Position numbers and translations under genes: made by a program. Positions 55,592-64,000 of a stretch of DNA of 64,000 nt are shown here, piece by piece; positions within the stretch are counted from its first letter, which is position 1, and every line of letters begins with the position of its first letter. The DNA is taken from positions 295,772-359,771 of the forward strand of contig JBDTVZ010000001.1 of the NCBI GenBank assembly GCA_040006935.1, given 5' to 3'. This DNA is from Candidatus Dojkabacteria bacterium. Its GTDB lineage: Bacteria > Patescibacteriota > Dojkabacteria > J137. The notes beneath the pieces are model-generated. The model was not told the origin of the DNA and searched no databases. It saw nothing but the letters and a program-made list of their open reading frames with translations.

Positions 55592-56146
55592 TCAATTATA
55601 TCTAATTGTTTTTACAAGACTTTCAGCATCATTTGGACTAGTACCTGGAGGGAAATTTAGTGTTAATGTTAAATAAATATTCTTATCTACCAATGCAGAG
55701 TAAGAAATTAAACCATCTGAAGGAAATACTGTTTCATCTAAACTTCCGAATTCTAGCCTTCTAAATTCAATAGTATTTATATTAACTTTAGTATCGTTTA
55801 GAAGTTTTTTTGTTGCTTTTAGCTTTTCTGCACGGTCATTTACTATATCGTCCAAGTTTTTAGTTCCGTCAGTTTGTGCTGTTGCTACTAATATATTTAA
55901 GTCTCCTTTCTCTAAAATCACACCTTCTGTTCCATTATTCGCAATACTCCAAGCATCTGAATAGTTCATTTTTAATTTACTAAGAATATCCATTTCTAGA
56001 GGTAATTCGGACTTAATCCCAAAAGTATAACCTATGAGCGTAAAAGGTTGGCCTTTATATAAATTCAAGAATAGGAGTACAACTGCAAAAACAGCTACTA
56101 CTGTAATTAATAAATAAATAGGCAAATATTGTGTATTTTTCTTCAT
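55592..56146 (-). CDS. hypothetical membrane-anchored protein (184 aa)
   Basis: N-terminal TM helix. ORF only. Confidence 0.4.
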   Translation of the reverse strand: MKKNTQYLPIYLLITVVAVFAVVLLFLNLYKGQPFTLIGYTFGIKSELPLEMDILSKLKMNYSDAWSIANNGTEGVILEKGDLNILVATAQTDGTKNLDDIVNDRAEKLKATKKLLNDTKVNINTIEFRRLEFGSLDETVFPSDGLISYSALVDKNIYLTLTLNFPPGTSPNDAESLVKTIRYN

Positions 56147-56300
56147 ATAATAAGATTATTTACTTGTACATTCTTATTCATTTTAGTTCTTTTGTAAAGC
56201 CATTAAGATACAAGATTAGGGAAGAGTGAGAACAGACTCAATGAATATGTTATATTTATGTAAGAATATTGTAATCTATTTCTATTATCTGTTACCTTAA

Positions 56301-57116
56301 ATGGCTTTATCTCGTGATGACCAAAATACTTTTTTAATGATTGGGGGTGTATTAATCGTATGTATAATTGCTTTGATTGCTGTTGCAAGTAGTATTTGGG
56401 CATTAATTAGAGATCCTGTAAATGCAGTTATTAATACAGTTTCGAGCTTTGTAAGAATACAAACCTTGGATTACAATTTCCCATTACCAGTAGTTACTGC
56501 ACAAACAACACCAACGTCCACACCTTCTCCAGCACCTAATCCTGTTCCAAATCCACCTGCAAATAATGCAACTAGTAATACTACCCCAAGCAATATAAAT
56601 AAAGATATTGATTACAATTTCCCAGTAGAAAATATTGCCTTAAGTGGTTTAGAAGATGCGATTATTAGTGATTCAAAACTTCTTGAGTTGAGTGCTAAGA
56701 ATGTGCCGGTTACACAACCTAATATAAGTATTCAGATTTTATCAATTGGAGTAAATAGCCCGGTATTGCAAGGCTTAGATTCCGAGAATCTTTTGAAGCA
56801 GGGATTTTGGATTGTTCCATCATCGAGAATCTTAGGGAAGGCGGAAATAATTTTTTTATGCAATAGAAGATATTTTGGTTCGGACGATCCAAAATCTTGC
56901 TGGTTTTTAGATAAAGTGATTTTAGGAAATGACGTAACTTTGAAATACAATAATCTTGTTTTGAAGTACAAGGTCGTAGGAGTTAACCGCTTTCCAGCGA
57001 GTGATCCCCTTGTTTATGATGCTAACGAGACAGAGGATCTTATTAGGATTGTAACCACAGATCCATTATATTCTAACGATCAAAGACTTGTAATTTTGGC
57101 CGAAAGAGTAAAATGA
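56301..57116 (+). CDS. sortase-fold paralog lacking the catalytic Cys and His (TLYTCEP replaced by RIVTTDP, SHR replaced by CNRR), with a Pro/Thr-rich linker
   Basis: My own alignment of its C-terminal half with the sortase at 45000-45614: LTLYTCEPLWTSEKRLVV against IRIVTTDPLYSNDQRLVI. Confidence 0.45.
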   Translation: MALSRDDQNTFLMIGGVLIVCIIALIAVASSIWALIRDPVNAVINTVSSFVRIQTLDYNFPLPVVTAQTTPTSTPSPAPNPVPNPPANNATSNTTPSNINKDIDYNFPVENIALSGLEDAIISDSKLLELSAKNVPVTQPNISIQILSIGVNSPVLQGLDSENLLKQGFWIVPSSRILGKAEIIFLCNRRYFGSDDPKSCWFLDKVILGNDVTLKYNNLVLKYKVVGVNRFPASDPLVYDANETEDLIRIVTTDPLYSNDQRLVILAERVK

Positions 57117-57262
57117 TAATTAAAAAATGAAAATAGTGAAGAGAATTAAAAATTGAATAACCAATAAGAAAAATATCTTCATTCCTTCATTCCTTCATTC
57201 GTACTACTTGCACCATGAACCTTTTCCCTATATTATATTGTTGAACCTTTAATTTAAATCTC

Positions 57263-58819
57263 TTGGCTGAACAATACAAAAGACCAAAACCAGTTGTAAT
57301 GATTTCTATGGACGGAGTGGGCGTAGCTCCACAAGGTCCTGGTAATGCCGTTATGCTTGCCAATACCGCAAATTTAGATAGATTTTGGCCATTATATCCC
57401 CATACCTACTTAGAAGCATCTGGACTACATGTTGGATTACCTCCTGGTACAGACGGAAATTCTGAGGTGGGGCACATGGCAATTGGGTCAGGAAGAGTTA
57501 TTTATCAGAACTTGCCACGTATTGATAATGCTATTAACAATGGCTCTTTTTTCCAGAATCCTGCTATTAAGAAGGCATTTGAACATACCAAAGAGAACCA
57601 TAGTAAGGTACATGTTATGGGTATTGTAGGAAATGGAATGGTTCATGGTTCTGTAGAACATTTACTCGCAATTATAAAGTTTGCAGTACAAGAAAAAGTA
57701 GATCCAGATAGATTATTTATACATGCCTTTACTGATGGGCGAGACTCTGCGCCAGATTCTGCTTTAGATGTATTGGATAAGATTGAAGCATATTGTTTAC
57801 AAAAAAGAATGGGTAGAATTGCAACTGTTGTGGGTAGAGCTTACGCAATGGATAGAAATAGAAATTGGGCTAGAACTAAAATAGCTTATGACTTGTTGGC
57901 TGAAGGGAAAGGAAGAATTATAAATAACTATAAAAAAGCTATCGAAGAATCATATAACAATAAAGTCTTTGATGAATATTTAGATCCGATTTGTATTGTT
58001 CCTGATGGAGAACAACCAGTTAAAATTGAAAAAGGAGATTCCGTTATTTTCTTTAACTTCAGACCAGATAGAGCAGTTCAATTAACAATGGCGATAGAAG
58101 ACAAAGAGTTTAAAGGCTTTGAACGAGTATTAATCCCAGATATTTTCTTTGTAGGAATGGCAGATTATGAGAATGGATTCCCTTCAAATCCTGCTTTCCC
58201 TCCTGAGAAAGTAACTACGCCTTTAGGTAAAGTTATTTCAGACGCGGGATTAAAGCAATTGAGAATTGCTGAATCTGAGAAGTTTCCACACGTTACATAT
58301 TTCTTTAATGGGCAAAATAAAGAGATATACCCCGGTGAAACATGGTTGGAAGTACCGTCTCCAAAGGATGTTGCAACTTATGATCAAAAGCCTGAAATGA
58401 GCCAGATTTTAGTTACTGATATTTTAGTAGATAAAATTGAAAAAGAAGATTTTGATTTTATCCTTGTGAACTTTGCAGGTCCAGACATGGTTGCTCATAC
58501 AGGAGTAATTCCACCTGCTGTAAAAGCTATGGAAGTGTGCGATCAATGCGTTGGCAGAATAGTAGAGGCAACTTTAAAAAGAGATGGTGTAGTTGTAATA
58601 AGTTCGGACCATGGGAATTGCGAAGAAATGATTGATTTGCAAACTGGCGAAGCAGATACAAAACACTCTACAAATCCAGTACCTTTCATATTAATTAAGA
58701 ATGGTCTTGTATCGAGAGAATTACCAGTTGGAGGTTTAAGTGATATTGCACCAACAATCTTAGGTATTATGGGTATGGAAATTCCAGCAGAAATGACTGG
58801 ACGAGACCTACTTAGTTAA
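57263..58819 (+). CDS. gpmI: 2,3-bisphosphoglycerate-independent phosphoglycerate mutase
   Basis: SMDGVGVAP and GNSEVGHMAIGSGR motifs. Confidence 0.9.
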   Translation: MAEQYKRPKPVVMISMDGVGVAPQGPGNAVMLANTANLDRFWPLYPHTYLEASGLHVGLPPGTDGNSEVGHMAIGSGRVIYQNLPRIDNAINNGSFFQNPAIKKAFEHTKENHSKVHVMGIVGNGMVHGSVEHLLAIIKFAVQEKVDPDRLFIHAFTDGRDSAPDSALDVLDKIEAYCLQKRMGRIATVVGRAYAMDRNRNWARTKIAYDLLAEGKGRIINNYKKAIEESYNNKVFDEYLDPICIVPDGEQPVKIEKGDSVIFFNFRPDRAVQLTMAIEDKEFKGFERVLIPDIFFVGMADYENGFPSNPAFPPEKVTTPLGKVISDAGLKQLRIAESEKFPHVTYFFNGQNKEIYPGETWLEVPSPKDVATYDQKPEMSQILVTDILVDKIEKEDFDFILVNFAGPDMVAHTGVIPPAVKAMEVCDQCVGRIVEATLKRDGVVVISSDHGNCEEMIDLQTGEADTKHSTNPVPFILIKNGLVSRELPVGGLSDIAPTILGIMGMEIPAEMTGRDLLS

Positions 58820-58900
58820 TTATAAATTAAGAATTAAAAATTATAAGAAGTAAATAGATGACTTCATCAACTTATAATTTGTAATTTATAATTTATAATT

Positions 58901-59722
58901 TTGCACTTGTTTCTTCTTTTCGACATTGGTGGCACTCATACAAGATTTAGTATTGCTCCAGATATAAATACCCTTAGCGACCCATTGATTATAGATACTC
59001 CAAAAAATTTTGATGAGTTTGAATCTAGATTAAAATATTTTGTTGAAAAGAATCTAAAGAATTCCAAACTTGAGAAAATAGTTGGAGGGATCGCAGGAGT
59101 ACTTGATGAAGATGGAGCTAAACTTTATAACTCTCCTAACTTACAGGATTGGATTGGAAAGCCTCTTAAAGAGGTAATAATTCGAGTAACAGGATGTGAA
59201 GATGTGACTATAGAAAATGATGCAAATTTGTGTGGATTAGGCGAAGCAGTGAATGGAGGAGGAAAAGATTATGACATTGTAGCTTATATTACAATTGGTA
59301 CTGGTATTGGAGGTACAAGAATAGTGAATAAAAAGATTGATGAAAATGTAATGGGATTTGAGCCCGGCCATCAGATTATTAGAATTTCGGATGAAAGAAA
59401 AATAGAAACTTTCGAACAACTTGCAGGAGGAAATGCTATTTTTAAAAAATATGGTAAAAGAGCAAGTGAAATTGAAGATTTACAAATCATTGATGATATT
59501 TATTTTTACACAGCTTGTGGAATTCATAATGCAATTTTGCATTGGTCTCCAGATGTTGTTGTATTAGGAGGATCCTTAGGTGAAGATATGGATTTACCGA
59601 AGTTAAAATCATATTTAACTGAGATAATGCATATCTTTAAGAAAATACCACCTTTAAAATCAGCTAAGCTTGGGAAAACTAATGGTGTAATTGGCGCTTT
59701 CCATTTATTAAAATTTGGTTAA
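58901..59722 (+). CDS. ROK/glucokinase-family sugar kinase (short form)
   Basis: DIGGTHTRF N-terminal phosphate-1 motif, GIGGT, and an ASKHA fold. The start codon is TTG. Confidence 0.55.
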   Translation: MHLFLLFDIGGTHTRFSIAPDINTLSDPLIIDTPKNFDEFESRLKYFVEKNLKNSKLEKIVGGIAGVLDEDGAKLYNSPNLQDWIGKPLKEVIIRVTGCEDVTIENDANLCGLGEAVNGGGKDYDIVAYITIGTGIGGTRIVNKKIDENVMGFEPGHQIIRISDERKIETFEQLAGGNAIFKKYGKRASEIEDLQIIDDIYFYTACGIHNAILHWSPDVVVLGGSLGEDMDLPKLKSYLTEIMHIFKKIPPLKSAKLGKTNGVIGAFHLLKFG

Positions 59723-60446
59723 TATCTTTTATTATTATTTTATGAAAAGGAAAATATTTTTAGTTATAGTTATTCTCTTTTTATGTGTTGTTGCTTTGCT
59801 TTCAAGTATTGGTGCACTTTTGCTATTCAGGCAAAATCAACTAACAACAAATGAATTAATCAATCAAAATAATAAGGTAGATGAATTGCAAAAACAAATT
59901 AATAATAATGCAGCAGGAGGAACGTTCCTTGAAGGAAGTGGTGCAACAGGTTCAGATACCCCAGGTGTTCCACCTGTTGATGCTGGTGATTCAACTACTG
60001 CTATTACAAAAATATATTTTTCAAAAACTCCTCAAAGCTATGATAGTGATTTCAGTTATGTAGTTGGAGTAGATAGAGAAGTAAATAAAAGCGAGTCAGT
60101 AGTACAAGCTATTGAAAAGATATTGGCAGGACCAACTGCAGCAGAAACTGCTTTAGGATATAAAAATCCAATCACATTAACAGGATCTTCAAATTGCGGA
60201 GGTAATTTATTTACTTTTAGCTCTAATTACGACAGTATGGCCACAGCTAACGATGTAACTATCAAGTTCTGTAAAGATGTGACTATTAGTGGGATAGGAG
60301 ATTCTGGAAGAATTCAAGCTGTAATTAAAAAGACACTTCAAGGTTTAGAACATACTGCGGATTATAAGGTTGGAAAGATTGCAATTTTAGATAAAAATGG
60401 AAATTGTTTAGGAGATGAAAGTGGCATGAATGCTTGCTTAAACTAG
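59715..60446 (+). CDS. secreted or membrane-anchored hypothetical protein, possibly GerMN-like
   Basis: A signal anchor followed by a Gly/Thr-rich linker and a Cys-containing domain. The assignment is weak. Confidence 0.35.
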   Translation: MVNIFYYYFMKRKIFLVIVILFLCVVALLSSIGALLLFRQNQLTTNELINQNNKVDELQKQINNNAAGGTFLEGSGATGSDTPGVPPVDAGDSTTAITKIYFSKTPQSYDSDFSYVVGVDREVNKSESVVQAIEKILAGPTAAETALGYKNPITLTGSSNCGGNLFTFSSNYDSMATANDVTIKFCKDVTISGIGDSGRIQAVIKKTLQGLEHTADYKVGKIAILDKNGNCLGDESGMNACLN

Positions 60447-60821
60447 TATTCGACTTTGAGTTTTTGCAAGCTCTTCTGACTTTACTTGTAAGATTTCGGC
60501 TTCTAAAATATTGAAGTCTTTATCTGCTGGAATTAAATGAACATGCACATGTGGGACCTCAAAACCTTCTACCCACATTAAAACTCTGTCTGGATTCATC
60601 TTAGCTTTTAAGAGTTTAGAAACAGTTTTTGCAGATATTAGTAACTCCATATATTCTTGATCATTCAGTTCAAAAATATAATCTCCTAAGTTTTCCTTAG
60701 GAACAACTAATGTATGTCCTTGTGTTAAAGGATTTATATCGAGAAATGCTATGTGCTTTTCATTTTCCCAAATTACGAAAGCCTTTCCTTCACCCTTTCC
60801 TATTTTTTCAAATATTGTCAT
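60438..60821 (-). CDS. HIT-family (histidine triad) nucleotide hydrolase
   Basis: HVHVHLIP HxHxHxx motif. Confidence 0.8.
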   Translation of the reverse strand: MTIFEKIGKGEGKAFVIWENEKHIAFLDINPLTQGHTLVVPKENLGDYIFELNDQEYMELLISAKTVSKLLKAKMNPDRVLMWVEGFEVPHVHVHLIPADKDFNILEAEILQVKSEELAKTQSRILV

Positions 60822-60880
60822 GTTTAAACTATAAAATATACTTTTTGTCTAAATTCGAAACTTTAAATTTTGATAGCATT

Positions 60881-61255
60881 TCAAATCCATCCCCATTCTT
60901 TATAGGCTTTTTCACCTTTATCTAAAGCTTCTTTTATTTGTAAATATAGAACTTCATCATCTTTCTTAATATGGAAACAGGTTTTGCCTTTTAAGCATTT
61001 TACTAATTCTGGTGTCAAAGATTTCAACATTTCTGGATGTGCGTAAATAGGCATGTAATAAAATCCAACAAAATTTTTCTGATTTTTCACAGCTGCAAAA
61101 TACATTCTTGGGAATTTTCTCCCTAACATTTCCATAGGTTTATTTGTATAAAGTTCGTATCCTTGATCAGAATCAGTAGTTGCCGTAAATGTGTTTGAAT
61201 ATTCTTTTAAAATATCTTTTATTCTTCCGAAGATTTTTTGTTGATCTTTTATCAT
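60881..61255 (-). CDS. hypothetical protein, possibly DUF1801/YdhG-like
   Basis: Size and pattern only. Confidence 0.3.
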   Translation of the reverse strand: MIKDQQKIFGRIKDILKEYSNTFTATTDSDQGYELYTNKPMEMLGRKFPRMYFAAVKNQKNFVGFYYMPIYAHPEMLKSLTPELVKCLKGKTCFHIKKDDEVLYLQIKEALDKGEKAYKEWGWI

Positions 61256-61258
61256 AGT

Positions 61259-61891
61259 TTATAGATTATATTCTTTATTTAATTCTAAAATTTGAAATTT
61301 TAGTCCATTTTGTTCCAATACTATTGATGGCATTCTAGATCCTAGATTTGTATCTTTCAATATTCCATCGTGAACAGGAAAAGTAACTTGTGCTTTGACA
61401 TTCAAGGCATAATCTATTGCTTCAGATATTTTCATCCATGGGCCAGCCACAGGTAAAGCTAAAATTTGAACAGGTTTTCCAGGATTAAAGAAAGAATCTC
61501 CAGGATAAAAAAATTTATTATTAATAAAATAACCAGTATTCTGTGCTGGGACAGTTTTATAAACAATTGCGTGATCTTTTCCAAATCCTTCAATTAATAT
61601 TTCTTTTTCTGTTGTATTTTGACTATCTTCCAGAATTTGATATTTAATTCCTTCTTGGTCCAGTAATTTGCCTACTGCTGTATTTGTTATAACTTTAGCT
61701 TGAGGATTATTTTGTAAAAGAATTTTTAAAGAATCAACATGAAAATGATCTTGATGTTCGTGAGTTATTAAAACAACATCAATATTTTTAACTTCTGTTT
61801 GTTGAGTAGAGTAAACTCCTGGGTCTGTAAGAATTCTTACTCCATTCTCTTCGATTAATAAACAACAATGTCCGAATTTTGTAATTTTCAT
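61259..61891 (-). CDS. MBL-fold metallo-hydrolase
   Basis: THEHQDHF (HxHxDH) motif. Confidence 0.7.
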   Translation of the reverse strand: MKITKFGHCCLLIEENGVRILTDPGVYSTQQTEVKNIDVVLITHEHQDHFHVDSLKILLQNNPQAKVITNTAVGKLLDQEGIKYQILEDSQNTTEKEILIEGFGKDHAIVYKTVPAQNTGYFINNKFFYPGDSFFNPGKPVQILALPVAGPWMKISEAIDYALNVKAQVTFPVHDGILKDTNLGSRMPSIVLEQNGLKFQILELNKEYNL

Positions 61892-62018
61892 AAAATATTA
61901 GTAATTACTAATCAATTATATAACATCTCTTAGCTTTTTACTTCGTTTCTAAACCTTCTAGTATCATTTAAAAAATGAGTACAATTTGATATAATCCAGT
62001 ATTTGTTACCAAATTTAA

Positions 62019-63218
62019 ATGACCGACATAAATGATGAGTACTGGCTTCAAGTTCCGGCTTTACGATTAGTAAATATCTTTTCTGCTCATATTCTTCAAA
62101 AGATAGGCATTCAATATACAGTTGAAGAAGAGAAGGGCGAGAATGGTGAAACGTTATACAAAGAAGTCTTTAAATTAACTGGCGAAGTTGATGTTAATAC
62201 CCAAGAACGTTTACAACAAATTTTCTTAAAGCTCGATAGTAGTTTAGAAAAGAGGTGGGTGGAAATTCTTAACCTTCTAGGCTTAGATATCAATAAAATA
62301 GAGAATGACATGGATAAAAGTTTTAGTTTGTTCGAGGATAAATATAGTGCGATTAAAAGTATTCACTTTAAAATCACTAAGGGTTTAGTACAAGTTGGAC
62401 TATTAAACTACACAGCACTAAGAAACGTAATCAATCAGAGATTGGCAAATAATGCACTAAGGGCAAATCGTGCATCAATACAAGCAAGAGCTGAGGCAAG
62501 TCCAAACGGAATTCTAGTTGCAACCGATGATTTTTTAGAATATCTATCTCTAGAATGTTCACCAGTTTCAGACATTTATTGGGATTTTAGAGTTTATGCT
62601 TGGGAAGAATTAATTAAAAGAATTAGAGAATACTTTGGAATAATAACAGATTACGACAATTTAAGAAATTTTATGATGTACAATGGAATTAATGCTCCTT
62701 CTAGTAAAGACATCGTTAAAGCTGGGACTAGAATTTATTCTGCACTTGAAGCAATTTCTAATGATTTAGATAACAGTGATGATTCGAGGGTAGTTCAAAT
62801 AGTTGAGATCTTCTCAAATTCACTAACTTCAATCAAATATAAATATAATGAGATTCTTAAATTATTAGATATTGAGGGAGAGGCGAGCATTGGAGTCTAT
62901 GTAGTTCAGAATCAATTCTTATTAAAACTAGTCAAATTTCTCAAATTAAAAGGGTATTTAGCAAATATTGAAACGGAGGAAATATTTTGGACATTTCCAG
63001 AGCATATTCACCAAAGAGTCGCTATGTTTATAAAAGAAGGAAGATCAGAGGAGATATTAAAGATTTTAAATTCAAGAGATAATACTGATATTAAATTTAG
63101 AAGCTTACTAACTATTCTAAATTTACCTATCAAGAATGGAATGGTCTTCAATTCAGGTAAGCATATGGACAGATTGAACTTAGTTAGAAATCAAATACAG
63201 AAACATATCGAAGGATAA
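62019..63218 (+). CDS. hypothetical protein (399 aa)
   Basis: ORF only. Confidence 0.45.
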   Translation: MTDINDEYWLQVPALRLVNIFSAHILQKIGIQYTVEEEKGENGETLYKEVFKLTGEVDVNTQERLQQIFLKLDSSLEKRWVEILNLLGLDINKIENDMDKSFSLFEDKYSAIKSIHFKITKGLVQVGLLNYTALRNVINQRLANNALRANRASIQARAEASPNGILVATDDFLEYLSLECSPVSDIYWDFRVYAWEELIKRIREYFGIITDYDNLRNFMMYNGINAPSSKDIVKAGTRIYSALEAISNDLDNSDDSRVVQIVEIFSNSLTSIKYKYNEILKLLDIEGEASIGVYVVQNQFLLKLVKFLKLKGYLANIETEEIFWTFPEHIHQRVAMFIKEGRSEEILKILNSRDNTDIKFRSLLTILNLPIKNGMVFNSGKHMDRLNLVRNQIQKHIEG

Positions 63219-63232
63219 TTAATCGAGTAGTT

Positions 63233-63613
63233 TTAAAGATTACAATAGAGATCAACCTTATAACCATCTGGATCTTCGACAATACAATATCTTTGTCCCC
63301 AAAAAGCATTCCATGGTTCTCTAACTATCTTGAAACCTGACTCTTTTACTTTCTCAGCAATATTATTTATTTCTTTAGATGAATCGTATTGAATTGCAAA
63401 TGAAGAATGGTTACTTGGTTTTGGTTCCTCTCCAAGAATTTCTTTTATCAAACCTTTTTTATCTATCATCAATCTTGCAGAACCGTTTGGAGTAGTTGGT
63501 TCCAAATGATCATCTTCTGATTTAAATTCACCGAAAGTAAAACCTAGAAGTTTATAGAACTCTACTGTTTTCTCCATATCCGAACTTGTTACTCCTACTA
63601 CATCTATTTTCAT
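63233..63613 (-). CDS. VOC/glyoxalase/bleomycin-resistance family protein
   Basis: Size and a beta-alpha-beta-beta-beta-like pattern (MKIDVVGVTSSDMEKTVEFYKLLGF). Confidence 0.55.
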   Translation of the reverse strand: MKIDVVGVTSSDMEKTVEFYKLLGFTFGEFKSEDDHLEPTTPNGSARLMIDKKGLIKEILGEEPKPSNHSSFAIQYDSSKEINNIAEKVKESGFKIVREPWNAFWGQRYCIVEDPDGYKVDLYCNL

Positions 63614-63615
63614 AT

Positions 63616-64000
63616 TTATTTTAAATTACCAATTATTCCATACTTCTCCTAAATCAGGATTATCAGTTTTTAAATCTTTGTTTCCTTTGTCAGAATTAAT
63701 ATCCTGAATTAGTTGATCTAATTGCTCTTCCAAGGTTGTTTCGGTATCGATATCTTTACCAGTCATAGATTTAATCATTTCTCTCACCATACCTGTGCCT
63801 GACATAACCCGGTGGCTTTCATAAGATTCATTGAGCTCTTTACAGTATTTAAATATAGATTCTGCAATATCAAAACCATACTGATTATTAAGATCATTAA
63901 AAATTAGAGTTTTTGCATCATTTTCACTAAGTCCTTTTTCTTCGAGGGCTTGAATTACACCTGCTAAAATATCAGGTGTTGAAAAAGAAGGTAAAAATTT
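63616..64000 (-). CDS. C-terminal part of a hypothetical protein (gene starts beyond the window end)
   Basis: My own translation of the minus strand: ...FLPSFSTPDILAGVIQALEEKGLSEND...GEVWNNW, stopping at 63616-63618. Confidence 0.45.

Noticed and set aside
1-64000. Stop-codon reassignment (UGA=Gly, code 25) considered because of the CPR-like gene content
   Set aside because: All conserved genes (fusA, typA, cysS, mfd, gpmI and others) are full-length under the standard code with no internal UGA needed. The standard code applies.

Overview
This window is very AT-rich (about 30% GC) and densely packed with mostly short, housekeeping-type bacterial genes. Intergenic regions often lack strong Shine-Dalgarno sites, and there are many acidic hypothetical proteins. 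The picture fits a reduced-genome bacterium, possibly of Candidate Phyla Radiation / Patescibacteria type. It uses the standard genetic code: no in-frame UGA is needed anywhere.

Recognisable genes include partial metG, gatC, a beta-CASP MBL ribonuclease, rnpA, an N-terminally truncated mfd, a DEAD-box helicase, an SPFH protein, typA/bipA, a MurF-like ligase with a transmembrane N-terminus followed by ddl, cysS, an ABC-2 transporter pair, a UvrD-helicase/PD-(D/E)xK-nuclease fusion, lepB, a stand-alone fusA, a GT39-like membrane glycosyltransferase and a small alkylation-repair cluster (ogt, a MazG-like protein, a DinB/ClbS-like protein and mpg). Further genes are an ice-binding-like (DUF3494) surface protein with its sortase, a Xer-type tyrosine recombinase, a BI-1-like protein, htrA, folD, a DUF2233 protein, a divergent PEP-synthase-like protein, gpmI, a ROK kinase, a HIT protein, an MBL hydrolase and a VOC protein. 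There are two tRNAs, Thr-CGU and Lys-UUU, both on the minus strand. One IS3-family element (orfA/orfB with an A9 frameshift site and a 3-bp ATA target duplication) has replaced the 3' end of a neighbouring gene.

The most striking thing I can see directly is several families of short GC-rich (about 60% GC) palindromic or MITE-like repeats. They fill nearly every larger intergenic gap, and two copies sit in-frame inside mfd and the murF-like gene, much as Rickettsia palindromic elements do. I see no CRISPR array, no rRNA, and no structured ncRNA I could recognise by eye.
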